From a virus (Duplodnaviria > Caudoviricetes): 64,000 nt of DNA. Below, one piece after another: positions 45,444-55,066 of this stretch. The notes under the pieces were generated by a model. It had not been told where the DNA came from. It made no database searches and saw nothing but the letters and a program-made list of their open reading frames with translations. Where the stretch lies: positions 32,001 through 96,000 of IMG/VR virus record IMGVR_UViG_3300014019_000001; one strand, written 5' to 3'. Made by a program: the position numbers and the translations under genes. The first letter of the stretch is position 1. The number at the start of each line of letters is the position of its first letter.

Positions 45444-47977
45444 TATGCTGCTTCCTTTTCGGTGATGACGGCCGGCGGCAGAGCAGCCGGGATGATCGTC
45501 AGGGCGGTGGATTGAGGTTTGGGAGCTTCTGCAGCCGGCATCGCCTCGACGTCGACGGCTTCGGGTTCAGCGACTTTTGCGTCCTCGCTGCTTCGGACTT
45601 TGATGCGCGCCTTATGGCGGCGTTCCATGAAGCGCATCACCGCAAAGAGATCCTGGACGCGCTCCTCGTCGGAGTAGTCCATGTAGTAGTGAATGCCGGC
45701 GAGGGACTTGAATGCCGCGAACTGCTCGTTGGCCTCGACACGGCTGACGCGAAGCGAGCCGAAGTTCTTCAACGCCATGTTCTCCAGGTCACGGAGCTCG
45801 GAGCGAAGCCACTCCTTCTGCTCCGTGTGAGACTTGGTGTTGTTCATGTTGCTTCGGACGCTCGAAACGACTTGAATGAGGTCGTAAGCCTTGCGGCCGA
45901 CATCGGTCATGCGCACCTTCGGCGGGAAGAAATGCATCGTCATTTCGAGGCTGCGACTGGAGAGCTCGCTGATCATCTGGGAGCACTCGGCGTAGCCGCT
46001 ACTGGTCACGAAGCCCTTGCGCGCCATCCAGGCATACTGGACGTCCCGCTTGTCCTGGTTCTCCTTGAGGAAGCGGACCATCGCTTCAAGGAGCGGCTCG
46101 GCGCCGGTTTTCGCCCGGATCTTGGCTTCTTCTTTCGCGTCGAACACCACGGCAATGTCGCCGAAGTGCTTTGTCAGCACATCACGGGAGACCTGATACT
46201 GGCCGGCGCCCTTGTAATCCCGCCAGTCGTTCTGGCCACGGACGTAGTATTTTGCCGTCTCCAGGCTCTCAGCCTTCGGCAGCTTGCCGTCGTTGAGGTC
46301 CATGAGCGAGTGGTAAAGGTCGGTTTTGACGACCTTCGGCGCACGCTTCGGCGGGGGCGTGATCTTCACCTCGACCGGCTCGAAGCCGAACTTCTGCGCC
46401 AGTGCCTTGATCTTGTCGATCTGGGCATGCTGGCCGCGCTTGAGGACGAAGACCATATGCGCCTGGCACTGGTCATAGTTGACGTGCCTGACGGTCTTGT
46501 CGATTGCACGATCCTTGGCGATCTGCGCCACGGCATCGCGCTGATTGAAGCTGATATAGAGCTTCTTGCTGACGATCTGGGTGTAGTCCTTGATCGTCTT
46601 GTCCATGCGTGTCGGGCGAATGTTGCCGCTGTGCGAGCTGCCATCGATGAGAAAAGCATAGAGGTTCTCGAACAGCCCGAGCTTGTTCGCGATGCGCTGG
46701 AACAGCCGGGACTCGATCCGGAAGCCGTTGATGCGGGGCAACCGGGCACCGTAGTAGCGCTCGATCGTCGGGCGAATGTAGGCTGCCTTCCGGAAGTAGT
46801 TGCGCATGTCGCGCGGAACGGCCTTCGCGAACGCCAGACGCCACATCTTGTATTGGTTCTTCACCAGCGACTGGATGTGGGCCGCCGCGCACGCCTTGTG
46901 GATCTGATCCAGGGTGAGCGAGGCGCTGTGCTGCGGCATGAAGCGGACGAAATCCGAACTCACGAGCTGACGGTTCCAGGGAAGCTCCTTCTCCTTCTTC
47001 ACGACGTTCTCGGCGCCCTTGAAAATGATCTCCTTGGCGTGAGGCTTCATGCCGTTGCGGATAATGCGATCGGCACGCGCCAGAAGCTCCAGAAGCGTTT
47101 CCTTCGTCTTGTCCGTGTAGGAGAGGGACTCGCGGGAGGGCGTGACACCGACGCTGTTCGGCGGCGCGATGATAACGAGGCGACCAACGCTGCCGGTGAT
47201 TTCCGAGACCTTGGTGACGGCTTCCATCAGTTCCCGTTCAGTCGTCTGGACAGGATAGAGCACCGTGCCGTAGAGGCAGTAGACATTGCTCTCGCGCATG
47301 TCGTGGCCTGGAATGATCGCGAAGCCATGCGTCGCCTGGCTGTAGTCGTAGCCTTCAATGAGCGCGCCGCCGTTGATGACGACCTTCATGCCGCCCTGCA
47401 TCACGACGGACTTCAGGATGCTCATGAAGAGATCCTTGTCCTTCGGTTCCTTCAGGGGGATCGAGACAGTGACACCGCTCTCGGTCGTCGGGACCTTCAC
47501 CATCTGCCGGAAGTCGGGCTTGCCGTCGGTCTCAGCGCCACCGCGCGAGATCGCATAGACGTGCTTGAAGCCGTTGACGCAGCTCGTCACGGAGAAGTGG
47601 TCGGAATAGGCGAACGGAGCCTTCGAGCCGAGGCCGAAGCCGCCGGTCTGGTTCTCGTCTTTCACCTTGGTCGATGCGCCGTAGCGGCAATAGATCGGGC
47701 CGATCTTGTCGGCGGGGATGCCGGGACCGAAGTCCTTGATGACCAGCTCGGTATCGGTGAGGGTCACTTCGACGGGGCGATCCTTCTGGCCGGACACGAT
47801 ATGCGCGTCCCAGGCGTTGCAGAAGACTTCACGGATGACCGCCCGCTTCTTGTCGCGGTAGAGGGTATCAGACAGGACGGTGAAGAACTCGGCCGACTCC
47901 GACATGGTGAAGGCTTGGGCTTTGCCGCCGCCGATAATGGCGTGGGTATCGAGCCCTGCGATTTGCGATACTTCCAT
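45443..47977 (-). CDS. rIIA: rIIA-like protein (GHKL ATPase N-terminus)
   Basis: LSDTLYRDK..AVIRE..CNAWDAH, DFGPGI, GGFGLGSKAPFAYSD; start trimmed. Confidence 0.9.
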   Translation of the reverse strand: MEVSQIAGLDTHAIIGGGKAQAFTMSESAEFFTVLSDTLYRDKKRAVIREVFCNAWDAHIVSGQKDRPVEVTLTDTELVIKDFGPGIPADKIGPIYCRYGASTKVKDENQTGGFGLGSKAPFAYSDHFSVTSCVNGFKHVYAISRGGAETDGKPDFRQMVKVPTTESGVTVSIPLKEPKDKDLFMSILKSVVMQGGMKVVINGGALIEGYDYSQATHGFAIIPGHDMRESNVYCLYGTVLYPVQTTERELMEAVTKVSEITGSVGRLVIIAPPNSVGVTPSRESLSYTDKTKETLLELLARADRIIRNGMKPHAKEIIFKGAENVVKKEKELPWNRQLVSSDFVRFMPQHSASLTLDQIHKACAAAHIQSLVKNQYKMWRLAFAKAVPRDMRNYFRKAAYIRPTIERYYGARLPRINGFRIESRLFQRIANKLGLFENLYAFLIDGSSHSGNIRPTRMDKTIKDYTQIVSKKLYISFNQRDAVAQIAKDRAIDKTVRHVNYDQCQAHMVFVLKRGQHAQIDKIKALAQKFGFEPVEVKITPPPKRAPKVVKTDLYHSLMDLNDGKLPKAESLETAKYYVRGQNDWRDYKGAGQYQVSRDVLTKHFGDIAVVFDAKEEAKIRAKTGAEPLLEAMVRFLKENQDKRDVQYAWMARKGFVTSSGYAECSQMISELSSRSLEMTMHFFPPKVRMTDVGRKAYDLIQVVSSVRSNMNNTKSHTEQKEWLRSELRDLENMALKNFGSLRVSRVEANEQFAAFKSLAGIHYYMDYSDEERVQDLFAVMRFMERRHKARIKVRSSEDAKVAEPEAVDVEAMPAAEAPKPQSTALTIIPAALPPAVITEKEAA

Positions 47978-48095
47978 CTTTCTCTCTCTTCCTTTCGTGA
48001 GCGCTCTAAGAACTAAGCGCTTACTTATGTTGCTATAGCAGACGAGAAGAGGGTTGCTCACGGAATCTCGAGGCTCTTGATTCCGTGAGCGAGCG

Positions 48096-48716
48096 TCAGT
48101 TGAGGTGGATTGCGCTGCGGCGCTCCCTGTCGATGACGTCGAGGCGCTGCACGATGGTCTCGTGCAGGAAGTCCTTGCGAACGTCCCAATCCGTGTCGAA
48201 GATCAGGGCGGAATTGACCTGTTCCTTGAGCTCGGAGATACCGCCTTGCACGACGAGCGCGTGGTGCATCTGGTAGATGGGATTCTCCGACGGCTTGCCG
48301 TCCTCGACCACGTAATCCGGCAGAGGTGCCAGATAGAACACGAAGTCGTAGACGGAGCGCGTGGCTTCCAGGCACTTGTCGGCGAAGTTCGCCGCCTGGC
48401 GCAGGACCTCCAGATCAACGTTGTCGCCGTTCTTCATGGTGAACTCGCAAGCGAGATAGCCAAGGAAGTCGAGCGGCGTCCGGTCGCAGATCAGCGGCCG
48501 GCTGCGCTTGTCGAGCTCCTCCAGGTGGTTCTGGAGGAGCAGCGTCTGAAGGTGCAGACGATCCATGAGCGACAGGTCGCCCGTGGCATCGTAGCCGAAC
48601 GACTTGGCCGTCTTGGAGATCGAGGTCTCGTAAAAATCGATCCCGAGCTCCTCTGCGACGGCGCGCGCCAGTGTGGTCTTGCCGGAGCGGTGCGCTCCTG
48701 TCAGGCCAAACAACAT
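48096..48716 (-). CDS. P-loop nucleotide kinase (AAA_28-like)
   Basis: GAHRSGKTTL, ICDRTPLD. Confidence 0.75.
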   Translation of the reverse strand: MLFGLTGAHRSGKTTLARAVAEELGIDFYETSISKTAKSFGYDATGDLSLMDRLHLQTLLLQNHLEELDKRSRPLICDRTPLDFLGYLACEFTMKNGDNVDLEVLRQAANFADKCLEATRSVYDFVFYLAPLPDYVVEDGKPSENPIYQMHHALVVQGGISELKEQVNSALIFDTDWDVRKDFLHETIVQRLDVIDRERRSAIHLN

Positions 48717-49180
48717 CAGAGCCTTCCGGTGCTGCCAAAGCCGGCGGCACCACGGTCAGAAATGTCCAGCTCCTCGACCTCAGCGAACTGTGCGCGGAGA
48801 ACCGGCGCGATGACGAGCTGCCCGATGCGCTCACCCGGCGACATCTGATATGCCTTGTTCGACGTGTTGAGCAGGATCACCTTGATCTCGCCGCGATAGT
48901 CGCTGTCGACCGTGCCGGGCGTGTTGACGATGGTCAGGCCGTGCTTGGCGGCGAGACCAGAGCGAGGGCGCACCTGGAATTCAAAGCCGACGGGCAGCTC
49001 AACGGCAATTCCGGTCGAAATCATGCGCCGCTCGCCGGGTGCAAGCCACAGATCGTCGTTCTTGTCGAAGACGGCATAGACGTCGGCGCCGGCGGCCTCG
49101 GCGCTGCCATAGGTCGGAATGGTGGCGTCCTGACGCAGACGCTTGATCTTGACCGGCACGAGGGGAATGGATGCGCCCAT
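48716..49180 (-). CDS. dut: Trimeric dUTPase
   Basis: AAGAD, RPRSGLA, GTVDSDYRGEI, RGAAGFGSTG. Confidence 0.97.
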   Translation of the reverse strand: MGASIPLVPVKIKRLRQDATIPTYGSAEAAGADVYAVFDKNDDLWLAPGERRMISTGIAVELPVGFEFQVRPRSGLAAKHGLTIVNTPGTVDSDYRGEIKVILLNTSNKAYQMSPGERIGQLVIAPVLRAQFAEVEELDISDRGAAGFGSTGRL

Positions 49181-49393
49181 TTTCAGTTTCCTTTCAGGAG
49201 TTCACGCGCAGCGGCGGCGTAGCCGTCGGCGATGGATTTCACGGCTGCGTGCTTCGCAGCCTCGGGATCGGCTTCCGGGCCGGCCCAGTGGCAATCCTCG
49301 TCCGGACCTTCATCGAGGGTCCAGTAGAAGCCCGGCTGGAGATCGGGGTGTTCCCCGATCTCCTTGATGCGAAGGGAGAACGTGGTGTTGCCG

Positions 49394-49663
49394 TCACTCA
49401 TAACGAACCGTCACATTCTTGAAGAAGCCGCCGCACACGACGCCGGAGACCGGCTTGCCGTTCACGCCGATGGCGCGGAACGACGTGCTGTAGGTCTCGC
49501 CCCGGCTGCAGCCGAGGAACGAATAGCCATCGAGGCGGACGTTGGTGAGACCCTGCGCCTCAAGTGCGCGGCGAGCGGTGGCCGGATCGACGTTGCCCAT
49601 GGTGGCGAACGTGATCAGACCGAGAACTGCGAGACCGCCAAGCAAGATACCTGCTTCCTTCAT
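49394..49663 (-). CDS. Small secreted or membrane phage protein
   Basis: N-terminal TM segment; VSGVVCGG. Confidence 0.6.
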   Translation of the reverse strand: MKEAGILLGGLAVLGLITFATMGNVDPATARRALEAQGLTNVRLDGYSFLGCSRGETYSTSFRAIGVNGKPVSGVVCGGFFKNVTVRYE

Positions 49664-49670
49664 GATGAAC

Positions 49671-50678
49671 CTACTTCGAGACCGGGGCTTTGATCGCTGC
49701 GGCGGGGTGGTAATCGATCAACTCCACGTCATCGACGCCGACATCGAAGATGCTGCCGTCGTGATGGAGCATGACCTGCGGCAGCTCGACGGGCTGACGG
49801 GTGAGCTGCTCCTTCGCCTGCTCAACGTGGTTGGCGTAGAGGTGCAGGTCGCCGAAGGTGTGAACGAACTCGCCCGGCTCCAGACCGACCTCGTGTGCAA
49901 CCAGCATCGTCAGCAGCGCGTAGGACGCGATATTGAAGGGAACGCCGAGGAACCAATCAGCGCTGCGCTGATAGAGCTGGCAATTCAGCTTGCCGTTGGC
50001 GACGTGGAACTGGAACATGGTGTGACACGGCGGCAAGGCCATGCTGTCGACCTCGACCGGGTTCCAGGCGCTAACAATGTGCCTGCGGCCGTAGGGGTCT
50101 CTCTTGAGCCCTTCGATCACGTTCTTGAGCTGGTCGATGTGAACCGGAACGTGTTCCGAGGCGCCAGACGTGTTATCGTAGACGACCTTCTTCGCACCGA
50201 TCCAGTCGCGCCACTGCTTGCCGTAGACCGGGCCGAGATCGCCGTTCTCGTCAGCCCATTCGTCCCAGATCGAGACGTTGTGATCTTTCAGGAACTTGAT
50301 GTTGGTGTCGCCGCGCAGAAACCAGAGCAACTCGACCAGGATCGAGTGGAAGTGGACCTTCTTGGTCGTCAGCAGCGGGAAGCCTTCCGACAGATCGAAC
50401 CGGAGCTGCTCGCCGAAGAGACCGTAGGTGCCGCCGTTGCGGCCCTCGCGATAGACGCCCTTGTCGATCAGCTTGCGCAGGACGCGCAGATACTGGTGAT
50501 CGGCCATGTTGCCGATGAGACGCAGGTTCTGTTCGCTGTAGATATGGAGAGCGCCCCGGTCATCCTCAACCACGTAGCGCGTTTTGTTATCCAGCTTGTC
50601 GAAGACAGAAACGATCGTCCCGTCAAAGCTGTAATCGCCGGTGACTTTCGTCACAGCATCGAGATCCGAAAAGGGCAA
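49671..50678 (-). CDS. thyA: Thymidylate synthase with an N-terminal DfrB-like SH3 extension
   Basis: [38 protein letters not shown]. Confidence 0.95.
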   Translation of the reverse strand: MPFSDLDAVTKVTGDYSFDGTIVSVFDKLDNKTRYVVEDDRGALHIYSEQNLRLIGNMADHQYLRVLRKLIDKGVYREGRNGGTYGLFGEQLRFDLSEGFPLLTTKKVHFHSILVELLWFLRGDTNIKFLKDHNVSIWDEWADENGDLGPVYGKQWRDWIGAKKVVYDNTSGASEHVPVHIDQLKNVIEGLKRDPYGRRHIVSAWNPVEVDSMALPPCHTMFQFHVANGKLNCQLYQRSADWFLGVPFNIASYALLTMLVAHEVGLEPGEFVHTFGDLHLYANHVEQAKEQLTRQPVELPQVMLHHDGSIFDVGVDDVELIDYHPAAAIKAPVSK

Positions 50679-50688
50679 AGTTGCCTCC

Positions 50689-51265
50689 TTACTTCTTGAG
50701 AATGTCGGCGGCGACTTCGAGCAGGATGTCCGGAAGCTCTTTCGTGCCGTCGTTGATTTTCGTGGTGAGTTGGCCGGAGAAGTCTTTCATCTCCGAGTAG
50801 GTGAGGCCCTGGATGAGCCCCGCCAGGTTCTTGAGTTTGGCGTTGGGATCCGCCTTTACCTTGTCGCCGAGCGTGAGGCGGCGCTCCTTGTCTGTGCGGA
50901 AGTCGTCAAACGCCACCAACAAGCTCCCGTGCCTTGCCGACAGCGATGGACGCGCGCTTTTCGAGGTCGCAGCCGCAGTAGCCGGTGTGCTCCGACTTCT
51001 CGATCAGCAGCGTGTCCTGCTCGTTGGAGATCCGGGCGAGTTCGCGCAGAAGGCAACGCGACTCGACGAGTTCCTTCTGGAGACGGGCGGCCGAACCGGC
51101 CTGGTTGCGATTGCGGCGCTCCAGATCAGCGATTTCACGCTGAAGGGCGATGATGGTGTCCTTGTCGGCCGGGCTATCTTCGGCCTCCTCGGCAGCGCCG
51201 AAGAAATTGCACATGTTGACCTGGTGAACGATGCTGACCTGCGGCCGGCGAAGGAAGTTGAACAT
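50689..51265 (-). other. Two hypothetical ORFs (50689..50922, 50906..51265)
   Basis: Follow the promoter/operator at 51284-51322. Confidence 0.5.
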
Positions 51266-51340
51266 CTGCCTTTCCTTTCTAGCTAAGTGATTACTTATGT
51301 TATAGCGCGCGTGAAACGGGTCACGCGCGCTATTGAGAGG

Positions 51341-51565
51341 TCAGAGACTGTCGAGATAAGCCTTGAGCTTGTCGGACCCGCCGACGTGCACGTCGCCATG
51401 GAAGATCTGCGGAACAGTCGAGTGGCCGGCGGCGCGGAAGCGCTGGAACTGCAGGTCAGTCACCAGCACCTCCTCCTCGAAATCGATGCCGCGAACCGCC
51501 AGCAAAGCCTTCGCGCGGCTGCAATAGACGCAGGTCGGCGTGGAAATCACTCGCCACTTTGCCAT
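51341..51565 (-). CDS. Glutaredoxin
   Basis: CVYC, TVPQIF, VGG; adjacent to the RNR. Confidence 0.92.
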   Translation of the reverse strand: MAKWRVISTPTCVYCSRAKALLAVRGIDFEEEVLVTDLQFQRFRAAGHSTVPQIFHGDVHVGGSDKLKAYLDSL

Positions 51566-53853
51566 TACGCCGCCTCCTTTCGATCTTCCGAGAAGTCGAT
51601 CGGGCACGCGCCGGCGCCGCAGTCCACATGCTCGAAGCCGATGTCCTCCTTGACGTCATCACCCTGGATGGCGGCGGCGATCAGTTCGAACTGCTGCTTC
51701 GTGACGGGCTGTTCCGGCTGATACTCGTAGGCCGAGGTATCGGTCTGGGGCATGACCGAGCAGCAGCGGATGGAGAACTGGCCGTCGATCAGCGTGTGCA
51801 GGAAGTGCTCGAAATCAACCTTCTTCGGGTCATACTTGAGCGTATAGCTGACCTGATTGCCGGTCTCATGGGCGAGGGACTCGCCGTTGGCATCGACACC
51901 GTGGATCCAGTATTTCTCCAGCAGGCGCAGGAATTCATACTGTTCCTCGGGCGTTGCCTCGGCGGCCGTGACCACCCATTCGCCGCCATCGAGCTCGCAG
52001 ATGCGCGGCTTCGTCGGGAAGCCAACGACGGTGGTGCCCTCGTAGGTCTTCAGACGCTTCACCGGATAGCCCATGGCCTCGTAGTCAGCGACGAGCGGAT
52101 CGTCATTGCGGAACTGCACCCAGCGGATGAACTCGCGCATGGACGGCAGGTGCGCGCCTTCGGTCAGACCGAAGAGCTTCGATGTGGTGCCGGCCGGCTT
52201 GAAGGTCGTGTTGGTGTGCGGGACGACGACGCCCAACTCCTTCGCGAACTTCTCAGCCTCGTCATCGATCGCCCGCTTGAACCGGGAGAGCGTGAGCCAC
52301 ATTTCCTTGGACTTCTGCTCGTTCACGATATCGTGCCAGGTGAACTTGAAGCGGTCGTAGGCCCATTCGTGGAAGCCGGTGATGCCGACGCCGATACGAT
52401 TGGTCCGGTTGACCTCGCGCCGGTAGAGGCAGTCCATCGTGTTCACGCGGATCAGAGCGCGCACAGCCGCCCGGAACGCATCCTCGGCGTCATCGTCGTT
52501 CTGCGCGTGGAAGGGCACCACGTCAGCGATCACGCAATAGGCGCCGAGCATCAGCAGGGTGATCTCGCCGCACGGATTGGTGATCATGGTGTATTTCACG
52601 TCCATGACGACCTTCGCCAGCGCCGACATCAGCGGGATCGTGTCCGCATCAACCTGGAAGCGGCTGGAGCCTGCATAGAGACCGTCAACGTAGGATTCGA
52701 TGCCCTCGTTGTTCTGCGTGAGCTTGTCCTGGTTGATGATGCCGGGCTCGCCGGTGCCATCGAAATAGGATGCCTTCGCCAGCTCGATCAGCACGCGCCA
52801 GGCGTGGGCTTCCGTGACGGTGATCGCGCCGACGCCGAGAAGGAAGATGAGGCGCGGGACGGACGTGCCGAGATCGGCATCACCAAGCTGATTGCGAACC
52901 TTGGCGCAGGCGGCGCGGAACTCGTCATCGATCGTGACCGAGTTGTTGGACGACCACAGGAACCCACCCCGCTTGAGCTGGATGAAGTCGAAGATGGTCG
53001 CGTCCTTCCAGTGCTTCGTCGCCATCCGGGCAGCGCGGCGCGCACCGCCGACGAGAACGCACTCGGCAGCATAGTGGTCGGCATACATGGCGGCGCGCCA
53101 GGGGGCCATGCCGGCGTCGCGGAGGAGGGCGATGTTCGCGATTGCCGACATCAGCGGGCCGGGGCCGGACGCCGGCCGGTTCTGCATGCCCTTAATCGGA
53201 CTGCCGCGCTTTCGGACCTGGGTGAAGTCCAGAATCAGAACTTCGTCGCGCCGGTTCTCGAACGCCATGCGCTCGATGATTTCGACGGCCTTCGCCCAGC
53301 CTTCGCGGCTGTCCGGCACTTCGAACACGGTGATCTTGCGATCGGCATAGAGGTGCTCGGCGTCCCGGCGTGTCTTATAGCCGGAGATCACACCGCTCTG
53401 CACGTCGCCGTGCGACCAGTCGATCACCGGAACGACGATAGGCATATTGTTCAGATCCGCCTGGATCATCGCGTCATCATAGGCGCGGCCGACGCCGGAG
53501 CCATTGAGCAGCAGATAGAAGAGCAGGAACGTCGCGGCCGCCGTGGAGCAGTTCGTGAAGACCTCCTGATTGCGCTCCGGCTGCGTCTCGTCGCCGTGCT
53601 GAAGGTGCCGGCCGGACATGAGCAGCGAAGCCTGGCGCAGGTGGTGATTGAGGTTGGCGTATTCGCTCTGGGCGGCGTTCGCGCCGCGCGGGTCGAGCAG
53701 CGAGTTGCCAAGGGCCACGCGATGGGCGACCTCAGCCCAGGTCTCGACGCGCGTGCTGCCATCCGGATCGGTGATCTTGCGGTTGATGGTGCGATCGGCG
53801 ACGGCCTGGCCCATACCGGCGAAGTATTCCCTCGCAGGGGTGTGCGAACTCAT
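51565..53853 (-). CDS. nrdJ: Class II (B12-dependent) ribonucleotide reductase
   Basis: FTNC, TNPCGEI, KPAGTTSK, C-terminal CGAGACP; no beta subunit nearby. Confidence 0.88.
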   Translation of the reverse strand: MSSHTPAREYFAGMGQAVADRTINRKITDPDGSTRVETWAEVAHRVALGNSLLDPRGANAAQSEYANLNHHLRQASLLMSGRHLQHGDETQPERNQEVFTNCSTAAATFLLFYLLLNGSGVGRAYDDAMIQADLNNMPIVVPVIDWSHGDVQSGVISGYKTRRDAEHLYADRKITVFEVPDSREGWAKAVEIIERMAFENRRDEVLILDFTQVRKRGSPIKGMQNRPASGPGPLMSAIANIALLRDAGMAPWRAAMYADHYAAECVLVGGARRAARMATKHWKDATIFDFIQLKRGGFLWSSNNSVTIDDEFRAACAKVRNQLGDADLGTSVPRLIFLLGVGAITVTEAHAWRVLIELAKASYFDGTGEPGIINQDKLTQNNEGIESYVDGLYAGSSRFQVDADTIPLMSALAKVVMDVKYTMITNPCGEITLLMLGAYCVIADVVPFHAQNDDDAEDAFRAAVRALIRVNTMDCLYRREVNRTNRIGVGITGFHEWAYDRFKFTWHDIVNEQKSKEMWLTLSRFKRAIDDEAEKFAKELGVVVPHTNTTFKPAGTTSKLFGLTEGAHLPSMREFIRWVQFRNDDPLVADYEAMGYPVKRLKTYEGTTVVGFPTKPRICELDGGEWVVTAAEATPEEQYEFLRLLEKYWIHGVDANGESLAHETGNQVSYTLKYDPKKVDFEHFLHTLIDGQFSIRCCSVMPQTDTSAYEYQPEQPVTKQQFELIAAAIQGDDVKEDIGFEHVDCGAGACPIDFSEDRKEAA

Positions 53854-53928
53854 ATTGACTCCTTTTGGTGCTTGGATGCTACATATAGTAGCTAAGCGCT
53901 TACTTATGCGCTAGAGGAAAAATAAAGA

Positions 53929-54495
53929 TCAGGCCGCGCGCTGGGCCAAAATTGCCTGAACCTGCTTGAACGCAGGGGTGACGATGCCGGCGTGACAGAT
54001 GGCTGCGGCGTCGGCCAGGTGCTCGTTCTTGAGGGTCGGCACAAGGACGCCTGCGCGCTTGGTCGTCAGCCAGGGCGCGTTCGGATAGGTCTCCGATGCC
54101 CACTCGATCATTTCCTGCTTGCTGGCGGTCCTGGTGCCGACGGTGCACTTCTTCGTCTCGATAGGCGCCACTTCGAGCAGGGGAATCTTGATGCCGGCAT
54201 AGATGCCGATGGTGATGCCGAACCCAAGGACGGCGTTGTAATCTTGTCCGCCGGAAGGCACCTCGGCGAAGCAGACGGTCACGTCCTTCAGGAAGTCGTC
54301 GACACCACGGGCAATTTCCTGCGCCCGGAGAAGATTGTCGGATGAGGCGCGCACGGACTTGGACTTGTCCTTCTGGGTCTCGATCAGCTTCAAATCGAGA
54401 ATATCGAGCGCACCCGAGGTGATGTCGAAGGACATCTTGGTCATGCCGAAATTGCGCAGCGAGCCGTCGAGCCCCGCGATGATGAGTTTGGACAT
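53929..54495 (-). CDS. RuvC-like Holliday junction resolvase
   Basis: GLDGSLRNFG, E, KQEMIEWA, HLADA. Confidence 0.8.
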   Translation of the reverse strand: MSKLIIAGLDGSLRNFGMTKMSFDITSGALDILDLKLIETQKDKSKSVRASSDNLLRAQEIARGVDDFLKDVTVCFAEVPSGGQDYNAVLGFGITIGIYAGIKIPLLEVAPIETKKCTVGTRTASKQEMIEWASETYPNAPWLTTKRAGVLVPTLKNEHLADAAAICHAGIVTPAFKQVQAILAQRAA

Positions 54496-54974
54496 CAGAA
54501 CCTTCCGAACTTGGGATTGTCTTTGTGCATTTCCGCCGCCGTGACCTTCTCCAGCTCGATCTCATCGAGCATGGCCTTCTCGGTATCGGCGATGAAGGTT
54601 GTGATCAGATCGGGGAGCTTTTCGATCAGGTTGGCGTAGCCGAGCTTTTCGCAGGCGTTGCTGGCGAAGAGCGGAATGGCCTGGTCGAGGTGCGCGGCGT
54701 CCCATTCGCACTGCTTCCATGGCGCATCATCGACAGGCGTAAACGAGAACAGGATCTTCCCGCTTTTGCCGACGCGAACGTCCTTGAAGAACAGCTCCTG
54801 GTCGCCGAACACCGGCTTGGTGCGATAGGTGTCGTCGGGAAGGAGAACTGACGCCTGGGGCGCGCCTTCTACGGTGAAGACGGCGCCTTTCAGCGCCGTA
54901 TTGATGGTGTCGATCACGCGCTCGTAGAGCTTATCCTTGTCGAGCTGCGTATCGGTCATGTGGATGTTCGACAT
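54495..54974 (-). CDS. Hypothetical protein
   Basis: After the operator at 54989. Confidence 0.65.
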   Translation of the reverse strand: MSNIHMTDTQLDKDKLYERVIDTINTALKGAVFTVEGAPQASVLLPDDTYRTKPVFGDQELFFKDVRVGKSGKILFSFTPVDDAPWKQCEWDAAHLDQAIPLFASNACEKLGYANLIEKLPDLITTFIADTEKAMLDEIELEKVTAAEMHKDNPKFGRF

Positions 54975-55066
54975 TTCCGAAACCTTCGTAAGTGCTTACT
55001 TAGTGAATTATAGCACTTTCGCGCAGGAGCACGCGCTTAAAGCGGGATGGGATCAGCCGCTGGCCT

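Noticed and set aside
45512-48016. Long + strand ORFs (also 31671..33155, 40063..41832, 51559..53895, 61071..62303 and others)
   Set aside because: They are antisense shadows of well-supported minus-strand genes in GC-rich DNA, with no motifs or RBS.
51565-53853. Intein or intron in the RNR (also considered for RecA and the helicase)
   Set aside because: Lengths are ordinary and no intein terminal motifs or frame breaks were seen.
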